A DNA stretch of 64,000 nucleotides from an uncultured Clostridia bacterium (lineage in GTDB: Bacteria; Bacillota; Clostridia; Lachnospirales; Bianqueaceae), in assembly GCA_937892735.1 (NCBI GenBank), contig CALBGL010000066.1, forward strand, positions 226 through 64,225. The letters run 5' to 3'. The first letter of the stretch is position 1, and every line of letters begins with the position of its first letter. The notes below the pieces were generated by a model. It made no database searches, was not told where the DNA came from, and saw nothing but the letters and a program-made list of their open reading frames with translations. This document shows, in pieces, positions 19,888 to 29,147 of this stretch. A program made the position numbers and the translations under genes.

Positions 19888-20453
19888 GATCTGACTACCT
19901 CCATAAAATTTTGAATGATCTGTCCGCCCGATGGCGTCATGATAGATTCCGGATGAAACTGTAATCCGAAGATCGGATACTGCGTGTGGGATACCGCCAT
20001 GACCTCTCCCTCCTTCGTATGCGCAATGCTCTGCAGTATCGGCGGCAGGCTGATGGCGCAGAGGGAATGATACCGGGCCGCTGTGATCGTCGGCTCCATT
20101 CCTAGAAACAGAGGACTTTCCGTATCAATCCACACCTCGGATGGTTTCCCATGCATGAGTTCCTTCGCATAGGATACGACGCCGCCAAAGACCTCACAGA
20201 TGGCCTGATGTCCTAAACATACGCCCAATATGGGGATCTTCCCCGCGAAGTACAGCACGGCCTCTTCACATATACCCGCATCGCACGGCCTTCCGGGACC
20301 TGGAGACAGGATCAGGGCGTCTGGCTTCATTTGCTCCATCTCCTCCGGCGTGCAGGCGTCGTTTCTGATCACACGAATATCCGGCTCTATCTTCCCGATC
20401 AACTGATACAGGTTATACGAAAAACTATCATAGTTATCCATTAGAAGAATCAT
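19884..20453 (-). CDS. trpG: anthranilate synthase component II (glutamine amidotransferase)
   Basis: DNYDSF.YNL...SPGPG...GVCLGHQ...QFHPES motifs. Confidence 0.92.
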   Translation of the reverse strand: MILLMDNYDSFSYNLYQLIGKIEPDIRVIRNDACTPEEMEQMKPDALILSPGPGRPCDAGICEEAVLYFAGKIPILGVCLGHQAICEVFGGVVSYAKELMHGKPSEVWIDTESPLFLGMEPTITAARYHSLCAISLPPILQSIAHTKEGEVMAVSHTQYPIFGLQFHPESIMTPSGGQIIQNFMEVVRS

Positions 20454-21913
20454 TCCAAACCTCCCTGAGCCGCCTCCAGTGCCCGCACCATCGCCATCGC
20501 CTTATTCTGACACTCCCTGAATTCTTTTTCCGGCACGCTGTCCGACACAATCCCCGCGCCCGCTCTGACACATACGCTGCCGCCTCGCATATAAGCCATC
20601 CGAATGGCAATGCAAAGATCCATATTGCCTGTAAAGTCTAAATATCCTACCGCGCCTCCATAAAGTCCACGAGTATCCCCCTCCAGCTCATCAATGATCT
20701 GACAGGCTCGAACTTTTGGCGCGCCAGACAGAGTTCCCGCCGGCAACACCGCATCCACCGCATCGGCCGCCTCTTTACCCGATTGAATCTTCCCTGTGAC
20801 AGTGGAAGCGATATGCATCACATGAGAATATCGCCGTACCGTCAAATACTGTTCCACCTTCACACTTCCGATTTGGCTGATTTTTCCCAAATCGTTTCTG
20901 CCCAGATCCACCAGCATGTTATGCTCCGCCCGTTCTTTCTCATCTGCCAGCAGTTCATCTTCCAATGCCTGATCTTCTGCCTCATTCCGCCCTCGAGCTC
21001 TGGTACCCGCTAGCGGAAAGGTGCTGAGTCGCCCATCTTCAAGTTTTACCAGCGTTTCCGGTGAAGCCCCGGCAATCTCCATGTCATCCCCGGAGAAATA
21101 GAACATATACGGCGAGGGATTCAGCGTTCGGAGAATCCGGTACGTATCCAGCAGGCTGCCCTCCGCTTCCGCCTTCAATGGATTCGATAACACCACTTGA
21201 AAAATATCGCCTTCACGGATGTACTCCTTTGCCCGCTCTACCATTTGGCAATAGCGCTCCTTCGAAAACGCTGGAGATAGCGGACCTTTCAACCGAAGAG
21301 GCGGGATCAACGCCTTCTGTCCCTTCATGAGAAGCTGCTGCATCACGAGAAGCTGCCGTTTTGCCTCTTCATACGCTGCTTCTCCTCCGCTTGGATCCGC
21401 TCCCGCAATCAGAAAGAGCTTCTGTCTGTCATGATCGAACGCAATGACTCGATCGAACAGCATCAGATCCATGTCTCTGAAGTCGGCTTCTTTCCAACGA
21501 TGATTCTGTAGAACAGGTTCTCCATAACGGATATAATCATAAGAAAAATATCCCACCAACCCTCCTGTAAAGGTGGGCAATCCCGGCAAAACCGCTGTCC
21601 TATACTTCGCGGTCAACTCCTTCAGCACCTCTTTGGGATGCGAAACCACTTCTTGAATGATCTTCTGCCCGGATCGAATCTGTAAACAGCCTCCCCGACA
21701 AACCACTTCCATAGAGGGATCATATCCGAGGAAAGAATATCGTCCCCATTTATGATTATCCTCCACACTTTCCAGCAGGAAACAATGGGAACTCACGCGT
21801 TTCAGCATTCGAAGAACCTCTACCGGTGTGTATGAGTCTGCATACAGCTCCTGATACAGGGGCACCCGTCGGTGAGCTGTCATGCTGAGAAATTCTTGCA
21901 GCGTAGGCTTCAT
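20450..21913 (-). CDS. trpE: anthranilate synthase component I
   Basis: 487 aa with LESV...NPSPYMFY...PAGTLSGAPK..A...GGAVGY motifs. Confidence 0.93.
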   Translation of the reverse strand: MKPTLQEFLSMTAHRRVPLYQELYADSYTPVEVLRMLKRVSSHCFLLESVEDNHKWGRYSFLGYDPSMEVVCRGGCLQIRSGQKIIQEVVSHPKEVLKELTAKYRTAVLPGLPTFTGGLVGYFSYDYIRYGEPVLQNHRWKEADFRDMDLMLFDRVIAFDHDRQKLFLIAGADPSGGEAAYEEAKRQLLVMQQLLMKGQKALIPPLRLKGPLSPAFSKERYCQMVERAKEYIREGDIFQVVLSNPLKAEAEGSLLDTYRILRTLNPSPYMFYFSGDDMEIAGASPETLVKLEDGRLSTFPLAGTRARGRNEAEDQALEDELLADEKERAEHNMLVDLGRNDLGKISQIGSVKVEQYLTVRRYSHVMHIASTVTGKIQSGKEAADAVDAVLPAGTLSGAPKVRACQIIDELEGDTRGLYGGAVGYLDFTGNMDLCIAIRMAYMRGGSVCVRAGAGIVSDSVPEKEFRECQNKAMAMVRALEAAQGGLE

Positions 21914-21951
21914 CTCTTCTTCTCTTCCTTTCCCTGTCAGGAACCGACAAT

Positions 21952-22242
21952 AAAAAAGCCCCTGACAGAATCTATTTCTGTCAAGGACGAATGATCATTC
22001 AATATACGATACACCCGCGGTGCCACCTTGCTTCATGGATCGCTCCATGCCCTTAGCGAGATACCAACATATCCCCGGCAATTTACGTATGCCTGACGTC
22101 GCAGCATACTCAGGAAAACTCCCTTTGACTGCGCCCTCAGCGGCCCATTAGGCAGCTTGCGTTCGTTCCGGCTCTCACCCGCCCCGGACTCTCTGTGCGT
22201 GCACCACTGCTTCCAACTCCGCCTCAACGGTTTCTTCTGTTA
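21952..22242 (-). promoter_or_regulatory. T-box riboswitch leader, candidate Trp (UGG) specifier, with intrinsic terminator
   Basis: The reverse strand shows ACAGAGAG...GGTGAGAG stem I elements, a candidate specifier UAA-UGG-G (codon at 22145-22147), the T-box sequence CAAGGTGGCACCGCGGGTG (22012-22030), and a terminator CCTTGACAGA...TCTGTCAGGGGC followed by TTTTTT. Confidence 0.8.
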
Positions 22243-22248
22243 TTTAAT

Positions 22249-22277
22249 ATAATACCATAATGATTTCGGAATATCAA
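22249..22277 (-). promoter_or_regulatory. sigma-A type promoter for the Trp T-box/trp operon
   Basis: Reverse strand reads TTGATA, 17 nt, TATTAT. Confidence 0.55.
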
Positions 22278-22466
22278 CTACTTTTTTGCCGTCTCGAAAA
22301 AAAGAGGAGCTGTTGCAAAATGCTTACGATATCTTATCGTTCACACAGGATGAAAGAGTAGGATCCTTTTAAGGAGTTCCGTAAATGTGCGGCGATTCCA
22401 CAGCTCATAGCATTTATACCTGGCGAGTTTTCTCATTACTCTGGCTAGGGAAATGTTACATCGCTC

Positions 22467-22517
22467 AAAAAGTAAAGGGGACACCAAAACATCCCCTATG
22501 GATGTTTTGGCGCCCCT
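22467..22517 (-). terminator. intrinsic terminator after the SPFH gene
   Basis: Reverse strand shows GGGGCGCCAAAACATCC-loop-GGATGTTTTGGTGTCCCC followed by a T-rich tail. Confidence 0.7.
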
Positions 22518-22541
22518 CCTAAAATCCTTCTTACACTTGCC

Positions 22542-23468
22542 TTACTCGTCTTTCTTGAGAAGTTCTCCCAAGGAAGTGGCCATACCTGCCAATCCCTGAA
22601 TCTCTGAAGGAATGATAATCTTGGTGGCCTTTCCATCGGCCGCCTTTTCAAAGGCTTCCAGGCTCTTCAACTGAATCACGGGGGCGTCCAGTTGTACGTC
22701 CTTGATCATCTTCAATCCTTCTGCCGTTGCTTTCTGCACCGTCAGGATGGCTTCTGCCTGACCTTCTGCCTCCCGAATCTGCGCTTCCTTAGTCGCTTCC
22801 GCATTCAAAATCGCAGACTGTTTATGGGCCTCTGCTTCCAGAATCATGGCCGCCCTCTTCCCTTCTGCCACAAGAATCTGTGATTGCTTCTCACCTTCCG
22901 CCCGCAGAACGGACTCCCGTTTTTCACGTTCCGCCTTCATCTGCTTCTCCATGGCTGCCTGTACGTCTGCCGGCGGAATAATGTTCTTCACTTCTACACG
23001 GTTGACCTTGATACCCCACGGATCTGTGGCCTCATCCAGGATGGTCCGCATCTTACTATTGATGATATCTCTCGATGTAAACGTAGCATCCAGTTCCAGA
23101 TCTCCTATAATATTACGAAGTGTCGTGGCCGACAGATTCGCGATCGCCATCATCGGCCGTTCCACACCATACGTATACGCCTTTGGATCCGTGATCTGAA
23201 AGAAGACCACCGTATCAATCTGGATCGTCGCGTTATCTTTGGTGATCACGGGCTGGGGCGGAAAATCCGCGACCTGCTCTTTCAGATTCACCTTCATGGC
23301 AACCGCGTCAATAAAAGGAACCTTCCAGTGGAATCCTGTAGTCCATGTGGTACGATACGCTCCCAGGCGCTGAATAACATAGGCGCTGGCCTGCGGAACG
23401 ATTCGAATATTGGCAATCAAGATGATTAATAGTAACAAGACAATACCCAATAAAATATAAGGAAACAT
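22542..23468 (-). CDS. SPFH/band-7 (stomatin-like) membrane protein
   Basis: N-terminal TM, then RIVPQASAYVIQRLG...TKDN..I.IDTVVFFQI.DP...RNIIG...D and a C-terminal AE-rich coiled coil. Confidence 0.88.
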   Translation of the reverse strand: MFPYILLGIVLLLLIILIANIRIVPQASAYVIQRLGAYRTTWTTGFHWKVPFIDAVAMKVNLKEQVADFPPQPVITKDNATIQIDTVVFFQITDPKAYTYGVERPMMAIANLSATTLRNIIGDLELDATFTSRDIINSKMRTILDEATDPWGIKVNRVEVKNIIPPADVQAAMEKQMKAEREKRESVLRAEGEKQSQILVAEGKRAAMILEAEAHKQSAILNAEATKEAQIREAEGQAEAILTVQKATAEGLKMIKDVQLDAPVIQLKSLEAFEKAADGKATKIIIPSEIQGLAGMATSLGELLKKDE

Positions 23469-23490
23469 CTAAACTCCCCCTGTCTTATGA

Positions 23491-23946
23491 TTATTTCGAT
23501 GACTGCTTGGGTCTGACAAATAGTTTAACACCTTCTACTCGAAGGATTGTAACAATTGCTCCCTCCGGGATGCAGTCCGTCTGTTCATCTGTCCTGGCGG
23601 ACCAGATCTGACCGCCTACCTTCACCTGACCTGTTCCTTCCAAAGGACGAATCGCCTCCGATACGACAGCCTCTCGACCAATGATTGCATCCACATTCGT
23701 CGGCTGAATCTTGGGTGTCACGTATTTCTTGACCAGAGGTCTTGTGAAGAAGAGAAGCAGACCGGATACAAGCACAAAGGCCAGACACTGGATCCATTCA
23801 CTGACTTCAAACATGGCCAGTGCCCACGCTGCCAGTGCTCCCGCCGCAAACCATATCGAAACCAGTCCCATGGTTCCCGCTTCCACCAATATGCTGACAA
23901 TCAGAATCGCCAGCCATATGTACGTCCAAACGGACATCTCCGTCAC
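23491..23946 (-). CDS. NfeD family membrane protein
   Basis: Three TM helices plus a C-terminal OB-like G.V.V.G..W.A motif, in the canonical partner position upstream of an SPFH gene. Confidence 0.82.
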   Translation of the reverse strand: MTEMSVWTYIWLAILIVSILVEAGTMGLVSIWFAAGALAAWALAMFEVSEWIQCLAFVLVSGLLLFFTRPLVKKYVTPKIQPTNVDAIIGREAVVSEAIRPLEGTGQVKVGGQIWSARTDEQTDCIPEGAIVTILRVEGVKLFVRPKQSSK

Positions 23947-23984
23947 CTCCCATCCGATAAAGTATCCTTTCTGGATCTGAGTCT

Positions 23985-24013
23985 ACAATATCATACTCCT
24001 CTTCTGCCGTCAA
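23985..24013 (-). promoter_or_regulatory. candidate promoter for nfeD-SPFH
   Basis: Reverse strand reads TTGACG, 17 nt, TATTGT. Confidence 0.45.
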
Positions 24014-24019
24014 TATACA

Positions 24020-24051
24020 GCACGCGAGTTGACAAAAATGCCAACTCGCGC
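24020..24051 (-). terminator. hairpin after the LytTR regulator gene
   Basis: GCGCGAGTTG-loop-CAACTCGCG inverted repeat overlapping the stop codon. The U-tract is weak. Confidence 0.45.
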
Positions 24052-24812
24052 TACTCCTCGTCCATCAAAATCTCACGTATATTCTCTCGAAAACCACGGC
24101 TTACCGGCAGGGGCTGAGAACAATTAAACAAATACACGGTCAGTTCCCTCCCCTCTCCTTCGACACGCTGAATCTGATCAATGTTCACCAAGATCGTCCG
24201 ATGAATCCGGCGCAGGCGGTCAATCTTCTGTTCTGAAAGCTGCTTCAGGACTTCATCAAACACTCCCTTCTCCGCGCGAATCTCCTCTACTCTGCCGGAG
24301 ATTCTCATGATCGTTAATACCCCCTTAAGAAGCTGGATGCAGGCAATCTCATTGACATTATACCGACAAATCGTATGGCCTAAACGAAACTGCAAAGTCT
24401 CCGCCTGCTCATATTTTTTACGCAGATATTCTCGAATTCCCAGTGCCTCTCCTACCGTCTCTATCAGTTCACCAGGCTCATAGGGCTTTACCAGAAAATC
24501 ATAACTGCATACTCTCTGCAGCACTCGATTCCGTAAATGCCTATGATTGCTAATAAAGATAATCGGAGTATTTAAATAGACGCTCTGCTGCCGAATCCAC
24601 TCCGCCAGATGGATGCCAGTCACACCCGAACCCGCAATTTCAATATCCAACAGAAATACGGCATATCTATGATTTTTAATCCATTCTATCGCCTCCTTAG
24701 GCGTTTTACAGGTATCCACCGCCAGTACCGGAAACGTACCTGCCAGAATCTCTTTCATTCGTCCCGTCTCTTTTTCCTCATCATCCATGATCAGAACTCT
24801 CTTTTCATTCAT
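24051..24812 (-). CDS. LytTR-family two-component response regulator
   Basis: Receiver domain with DD(10,11), D56 (FLLDIEI) and K (LVKPY), followed by a C-terminal LytTR-type DNA-binding domain (...RIHRTILVNIDQI...). Confidence 0.85.
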   Translation of the reverse strand: MNEKRVLIMDDEEKETGRMKEILAGTFPVLAVDTCKTPKEAIEWIKNHRYAVFLLDIEIAGSGVTGIHLAEWIRQQSVYLNTPIIFISNHRHLRNRVLQRVCSYDFLVKPYEPGELIETVGEALGIREYLRKKYEQAETLQFRLGHTICRYNVNEIACIQLLKGVLTIMRISGRVEEIRAEKGVFDEVLKQLSEQKIDRLRRIHRTILVNIDQIQRVEGEGRELTVYLFNCSQPLPVSRGFRENIREILMDEE

Positions 24813-26139
24813 CAGCCACTCGTGCCTCCTTTGAATAAAACGTCACTTCCACCCGAAATAGTCCCTCCTGGTCCTCCAACATCAAATCTCCATCGTATTT
24901 ATTAACGAGTCTGGAAACCTGGTATAAGCCAAGACCCTGATGATGGTCTCCTTTTGTGGTACAGTTCTTCTCTATCATCTGCGCAATACTGGGCATTCGA
25001 TCTGGAATGGGATTCTCAATCGCGAGACGATGCATCGTACGACCATTCTCCTCTTCACAGGAAAGACGGACTCCAATATACCGACGCTCTGGTTCCAGAT
25101 CCCGGACTGCCTCCATGGCATTATCCATCAGATTCTGAAATATCTCTACCAAACGGTATTCCGGCAACGGAAACTCCGGCAGACGAGGCGTCGCGCTGAT
25201 CTTCAGCTGAATCCCCTGCTTCTGCGCCTGATTGGATTGGCCGTATAGCAGCGCCCTGAATAATGGATTCTCCATATGCAGCAGAATGTCATTCAACTGG
25301 TTTTCGATCTGAAGATCCTGATAATATGTCTGCACTTCCTGCCGGAGCTTCTCAGGGTCCTTTTCCGTCATCACAAGATCATGCAAATAATTGAGATGCT
25401 TATTGTAATCATGCGCCCGCACTCTAGCGCTGTCTACATAGGCCTCCATGGATTGGATATACCGATCATTCGCAGCAATCTTCTGCGACTCCTGCCGGCC
25501 TCGAAAGAAAATCAACATACCCACAAATAGACAAAGCATGAGAAAATGGAGCAGCATAAATAACCCTGGCAGCGTCAGCGAAATATCTATCTGCTCATTC
25601 TGTAAAAACTGTGCTAATACCAGTACGGGAATTCCAAGAACCCCTGCCATCACCCAGCACATCTGCCGATGCTCATAATAGAGTGCGGCCAGATGTCTGC
25701 GCTGAATGATCCAGCACAGCAAACACACGCAGATACATGCCGAACCATTGACCAAAAGCATTTCGAAAAAATCATTCCATTCCCAAGGGACAAAGCACCG
25801 AAACAAAATCTGAAAATATTCCGTCACGGTCACCGCAAAAAACGTATGCATGATCGTAAAGGATAATGGAAATCCTCGAAACAAAAAGGCAAACACCGCA
25901 ATCAAAATCAATAGAAGAAGAATTAAGCGAGGCTGCGGATAGAAAGTCGCCCATTCCATGATGGCAAACAGAGCCCCTACAATGAGCAGAGTACCTCCTG
26001 TCTGCAACCATCTGACCGGGACATTCATTTTCCCGAATAGTATGATGCGCCACTGATCGCTGTTTTCCGGCAGCAACACTGCCCAGATCATCAGGACTCC
26101 CAGGAGCCCCAGCATATCTGCCGCCCACTCAATCCACAT
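24805..26139 (-). CDS. AgrC/ComD-like (HPK10) membrane sensor histidine kinase
   Basis: Six or seven N-terminal TM helices, an H-box RAHDYNKHLNYL, and GHKL N and G boxes (NLMDNAMEA...GLGLY). It overlaps the regulator gene by 8 nt. Confidence 0.82.
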   Translation of the reverse strand: MWIEWAADMLGLLGVLMIWAVLLPENSDQWRIILFGKMNVPVRWLQTGGTLLIVGALFAIMEWATFYPQPRLILLLLILIAVFAFLFRGFPLSFTIMHTFFAVTVTEYFQILFRCFVPWEWNDFFEMLLVNGSACICVCLLCWIIQRRHLAALYYEHRQMCWVMAGVLGIPVLVLAQFLQNEQIDISLTLPGLFMLLHFLMLCLFVGMLIFFRGRQESQKIAANDRYIQSMEAYVDSARVRAHDYNKHLNYLHDLVMTEKDPEKLRQEVQTYYQDLQIENQLNDILLHMENPLFRALLYGQSNQAQKQGIQLKISATPRLPEFPLPEYRLVEIFQNLMDNAMEAVRDLEPERRYIGVRLSCEEENGRTMHRLAIENPIPDRMPSIAQMIEKNCTTKGDHHQGLGLYQVSRLVNKYDGDLMLEDQEGLFRVEVTFYSKEARVADE

Positions 26140-26142
26140 CGC

Positions 26143-26796
26143 TTATACCTCCGCCGCGATCTGCTGTACTTTTTTCTTGATTCTCTGCAGGGCGTTATCA
26201 ATGGATTTCGGCGTCTTCCCCATGGCCTTCGCAATCTGATGATAATCATATCCCTGAAGATACAGAGAAAGAACTCTTCTTTCAAACTGACTGCAATGCT
26301 TATCGATCTGCTTTTGCAGGAGTTTTATCTCTTCCTTGCCAATCAATGTATCCTCCGGAGAATCCTCCTGCGGAGCCGCCAGAATATCCATCATCGTCGT
26401 TTCCTTCTCCTCATCGTCGTTCAATGTCTTATTGAGAGAAACATAGGAATTCAACGGCAGATGTTTCAGACGCGTTGCGTTCTTTACCGCCGTCAATATC
26501 TGCCGGTTAATACATAAATCTGCAAAGCTGCGAAAGGCTGTTTCTTTATCCGATTGATAGGCCATGATCGCTTTATACAGACCTATCATCCCTTCCTGGA
26601 TCAAATCCGCTCGATCCGCGCCAAGCAAAAAATAGGGTCTTGTCTTTACCCGAACCAAATCTTTATATCGTTCCAGCAGGAGATCCACCGCATCCGCTCC
26701 GTCCCTGCCGCCCTGCCGCACGATCTCTATGACTTCTTCATCCGTTAAATCCGCCCATTCTGGACGGTCCAAAATCGTCTGCTCGTAGTTTTCCAC
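26143..26796 (-). CDS. sigH: RNA polymerase sigma factor SigH (sigma-30)
   Basis: Close match to the remembered B. subtilis SigH motifs (YFL.GADR.D..QEGMIGLYK.I..., F..FA.LCI.RQI.TA.K.ATR.KH.PLNSY.SL, KSIDNALQR.K.K) and the conserved position after rlmB. Confidence 0.88.
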   Translation of the reverse strand: MENYEQTILDRPEWADLTDEEVIEIVRQGGRDGADAVDLLLERYKDLVRVKTRPYFLLGADRADLIQEGMIGLYKAIMAYQSDKETAFRSFADLCINRQILTAVKNATRLKHLPLNSYVSLNKTLNDDEEKETTMMDILAAPQEDSPEDTLIGKEEIKLLQKQIDKHCSQFERRVLSLYLQGYDYHQIAKAMGKTPKSIDNALQRIKKKVQQIAAEV

Positions 26797-26812
26797 TGTA
26801 TTCTCCTGTATT

Positions 26813-27571
26813 TTATCCGTTCATCCTCTGCCGTACAATCTCATACATCAAAACACCTGCTGCGACGGACGCATTCAACGAATTCACATGTCCCATCATG
26901 GGCAACTTAACGATATAATCGCTTTTCTCTCGTACCAGACGGCTGACTCCCTCATGCTCACCTCCGATAACAAGCGCAATGGGACCTGTCAGGGCCGTAC
27001 TATATGCCATCTCTCCATCCATGTCTCCACTGACAATCCAAAGGCCCTCCTTCTGTAGTCCTCCTATCGTCTGCGCGATATTGTTCACTTTGGCTACCGG
27101 TACGTACTCACAGGCGCCCGCTGCTGTCTTGGCCACTGCCGCCGTGAGTCCTACTGCATGCCGTTTAGATATGATGACGCCATGCACTCCGCAGGCATCG
27201 GCTGTCCGCAGAATCGCTCCCAGATTGTGTGGATCCTGAATGCTTTCCAGAATGACCAAAAAAGGGACTTCTCCTTTCTCTCTGGCCTTTTCCAGGATAT
27301 CCGCTACCTCCACATATTCGTACGCCTGTGCTATCGCAACGACTCCCTGATGATTCTCCCCGATGGAAAGCTCATCCAATTTCCCCTTTCCAGCCTCTTT
27401 CACCAATAGTCGCTTTTGTCTCGCAATGCCTACGATACGTCCCAAAGATCCAGTAAACGGCGGACGCTGCACATACAAACATTCTATGCCCCGACCACTG
27501 CGCAATGCCTCCAGTACCGCGTTCCTCCCTACAATGACAGAATCACTCTCCTGTTTCCTACTCTCTTCCAT
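26813..27571 (-). CDS. rlmB: 23S rRNA (guanosine-2'-O)-methyltransferase, TrmH/SpoU family
   Basis: GRNAVLEAL...DPHNLGAI.RTA...GGE..G...LNASVAAG motifs. Start at MEESRK, preceded by GGAGG; the upstream extension of the ORF is non-coding by composition and overlaps mrnC. Confidence 0.85.
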   Translation of the reverse strand: MEESRKQESDSVIVGRNAVLEALRSGRGIECLYVQRPPFTGSLGRIVGIARQKRLLVKEAGKGKLDELSIGENHQGVVAIAQAYEYVEVADILEKAREKGEVPFLVILESIQDPHNLGAILRTADACGVHGVIISKRHAVGLTAAVAKTAAGACEYVPVAKVNNIAQTIGGLQKEGLWIVSGDMDGEMAYSTALTGPIALVIGGEHEGVSRLVREKSDYIVKLPMMGHVNSLNASVAAGVLMYEIVRQRMNG

Positions 27572-27998
27572 TTTCCATGTCCTCCATGACTTCCTCCATC
27601 CCTTGACACAGCAGCCTCCACAGTCTATCTTCTTTTTTCTGCAGATACAACATCCCCAATAAAGCCTCAAATCCAGTCGCCATCTTATAGTCTGCCACTT
27701 CCGCATGTTTGGGTATCGTATGTACTTTTGCATTCCGCCCCCGTCGCAATACATCCTGCTCTTCTTCTTCCAATGTATTCCACAACGCTCTGGCCATCCT
27801 GGCCTGCGTGCTGGCCTTGGCATATTGAGATGCATGCAAGTGCATCTGCTTAGGCGAAGTCTTCTCTGCCAGCACAATTCTTGTTCTTAAAAACAAATCA
27901 AACACCGTATCTCCCACAAAGGCCAGCGCGACCGGCGAAATCTGACGAAGCACAGGGACTTCCTGCATCTGCTCTTCTGTCTTCTCTACAAACATCAT
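27558..27998 (-). CDS. mrnC: mini-ribonuclease III
   Basis: LSPVALAFVGDTVFDLF.R motif, ~145 aa, in the conserved position between cysE/cysS and rlmB. Confidence 0.85.
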   Translation of the reverse strand: MMFVEKTEEQMQEVPVLRQISPVALAFVGDTVFDLFLRTRIVLAEKTSPKQMHLHASQYAKASTQARMARALWNTLEEEEQDVLRRGRNAKVHTIPKHAEVADYKMATGFEALLGMLYLQKKEDRLWRLLCQGMEEVMEDMENGRE

Positions 27999-28647
27999 AT
28001 ATCCTCTTTCTTGTCTTCTTGTATTTCTTCTTGCAAACACCGCATCTGATCCCGAATCTCCTCCATCTCCATCTCATACGGATCCGGCAAATGAATCTGA
28101 TCCAGAGTCTTACAGGGCTCCTCGCTCTGTTCATGATATTTTACGATTCGTCCAGGAATCCCTACTACGGTACAGTGGGGCGGCACTTCTGAAAGTACGA
28201 CACTTCCGGCGCCAATCCGAGAATACGCGCCGACTCGAAACGATCCCAATACCATAGCGCCCGCGCTGATCAACACACCATCTTCGATCGTAGGATGCCG
28301 TTTTCCTTTCTCCTTACCGGTTCCTCCCAGGGTAACACCTTGATACAGCGTCACATCATCCCCAATCTCCGTCGTCTCTCCAATGACGACTCCCGCGCCA
28401 TGGTCAATAAACAGACGCCTACCCAGCTTGGCGCCAGGATGGATCTCGATTCCGGTCTTTCGCCGACTACGCTGCGAAAGCCATCTTGCCCAAAAATAAT
28501 GGCCCTTTTGGTACAGCTTATGGGCTCTCCGATGACTCCATTGCGCTCGAAAACTCGGATATAGAAATACCTCCCATTTCGAACGAATCGCCGGATCTTT
28601 TTCCCGAATCGTAGCAGACTGCTCTTTCCAAAACTGCCAAAAGTTCA
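27995..28647 (-). CDS. cysE: serine O-acetyltransferase
   Basis: Hexapeptide-repeat core (GIEIHPGA.LG...IDHG.GVVIGET..IGD.V.LYQGVTLGG). There is no in-frame ATG near the conserved N-terminus, so the start is proposed at TTG 28647, 6 nt downstream of GGGAGGGGGG. Confidence 0.8.
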
Positions 28648-28681
28648 AAATGATCCCCCCTCCCTTCCTACGTCTTTCTGT

Positions 28682-28710
28682 ATTATATGATACTTTCTGA
28701 AAAATTGCAA
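28682..28710 (-). promoter_or_regulatory. sigma-A type promoter for cysE-mrnC-rlmB-sigH
   Basis: Reverse strand reads TTGCAA, 17 nt, TATAAT. Confidence 0.6.
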
Positions 28711-28711
28711 C

Positions 28712-28745
28712 AAAAAAGGAGCCATTGCATCTCTGCAATAGCCCC
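28712..28745 (-). terminator. intrinsic terminator after the DUF3899-like gene
   Basis: Reverse strand shows GGGGCTATTGCA-GAGA-TGCAATGGCTCC followed by TTTTTT. Confidence 0.7.
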
Positions 28746-28749
28746 CGTA

Positions 28750-29142
28750 TCATACTAGATAAATGACAACACAGATGACTGCTGCTGCCAGAAAACCTAC
28801 TCCCGTGAAAAACCAACTGCTCAGCCATGGCTTTCGTGACGCGTCCCTCTCCTGTTTATATTCATAAAACGAAGGAAACTGCTTTGTCGGATGACGGAAC
28901 CCAGCTAAAAGGGAAGCGAAAGCATATCGAAGCGTAGTGAAGGCTCCCTGCGAAGCGACCCAGCTAAGCCCTCCGCATCCGGCTAATAGAACTCCCGGTA
29001 TCAGAAAACAATCGGATAAGATCCCTATTGTCGTTTTGAAATCCCGGCTCTCGAAAAGCCCCTGACTATAGGCAGAAAATGCGAAGAACAGGATTCCCAC
29101 TCCCATACAGATTCCAAAACGAATGACTCGATTCTTTTCCAT
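28750..29142 (-). CDS. small membrane protein (DUF3899-like)
   Basis: 130 aa with four predicted TM segments. Its start lies 6 nt after the oppF-like stop. The family assignment is from memory of the pattern only. Confidence 0.5.
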   Translation of the reverse strand: MEKNRVIRFGICMGVGILFFAFSAYSQGLFESRDFKTTIGILSDCFLIPGVLLAGCGGLSWVASQGAFTTLRYAFASLLAGFRHPTKQFPSFYEYKQERDASRKPWLSSWFFTGVGFLAAAVICVVIYLV

Positions 29143-29147
29143 CGATC

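Noticed and set aside
22385-22522. 45-aa plus-strand ORF (MCGDSTAHSIYTWRVFSLLWLGKCYIAQKVKGTPKHPLWMFWRPS) with AAGGAG 8 nt upstream, plus a 13-aa ORF at 22319 that also has an SD. These would be the only plus-strand candidates in the window.
   Set aside because: It runs straight through the SPFH terminator hairpin and has no promoter that I can see. The sequence is neither clearly membrane-like nor motif-bearing. It may be chance or a gene remnant, and is worth only a ribosome-profiling glance.
22542-23946. The NfeD-SPFH pair as a novel system.
   Set aside because: This is a very common, well-known conserved gene pair, with its own promoter and terminator and nothing unusual in sequence.
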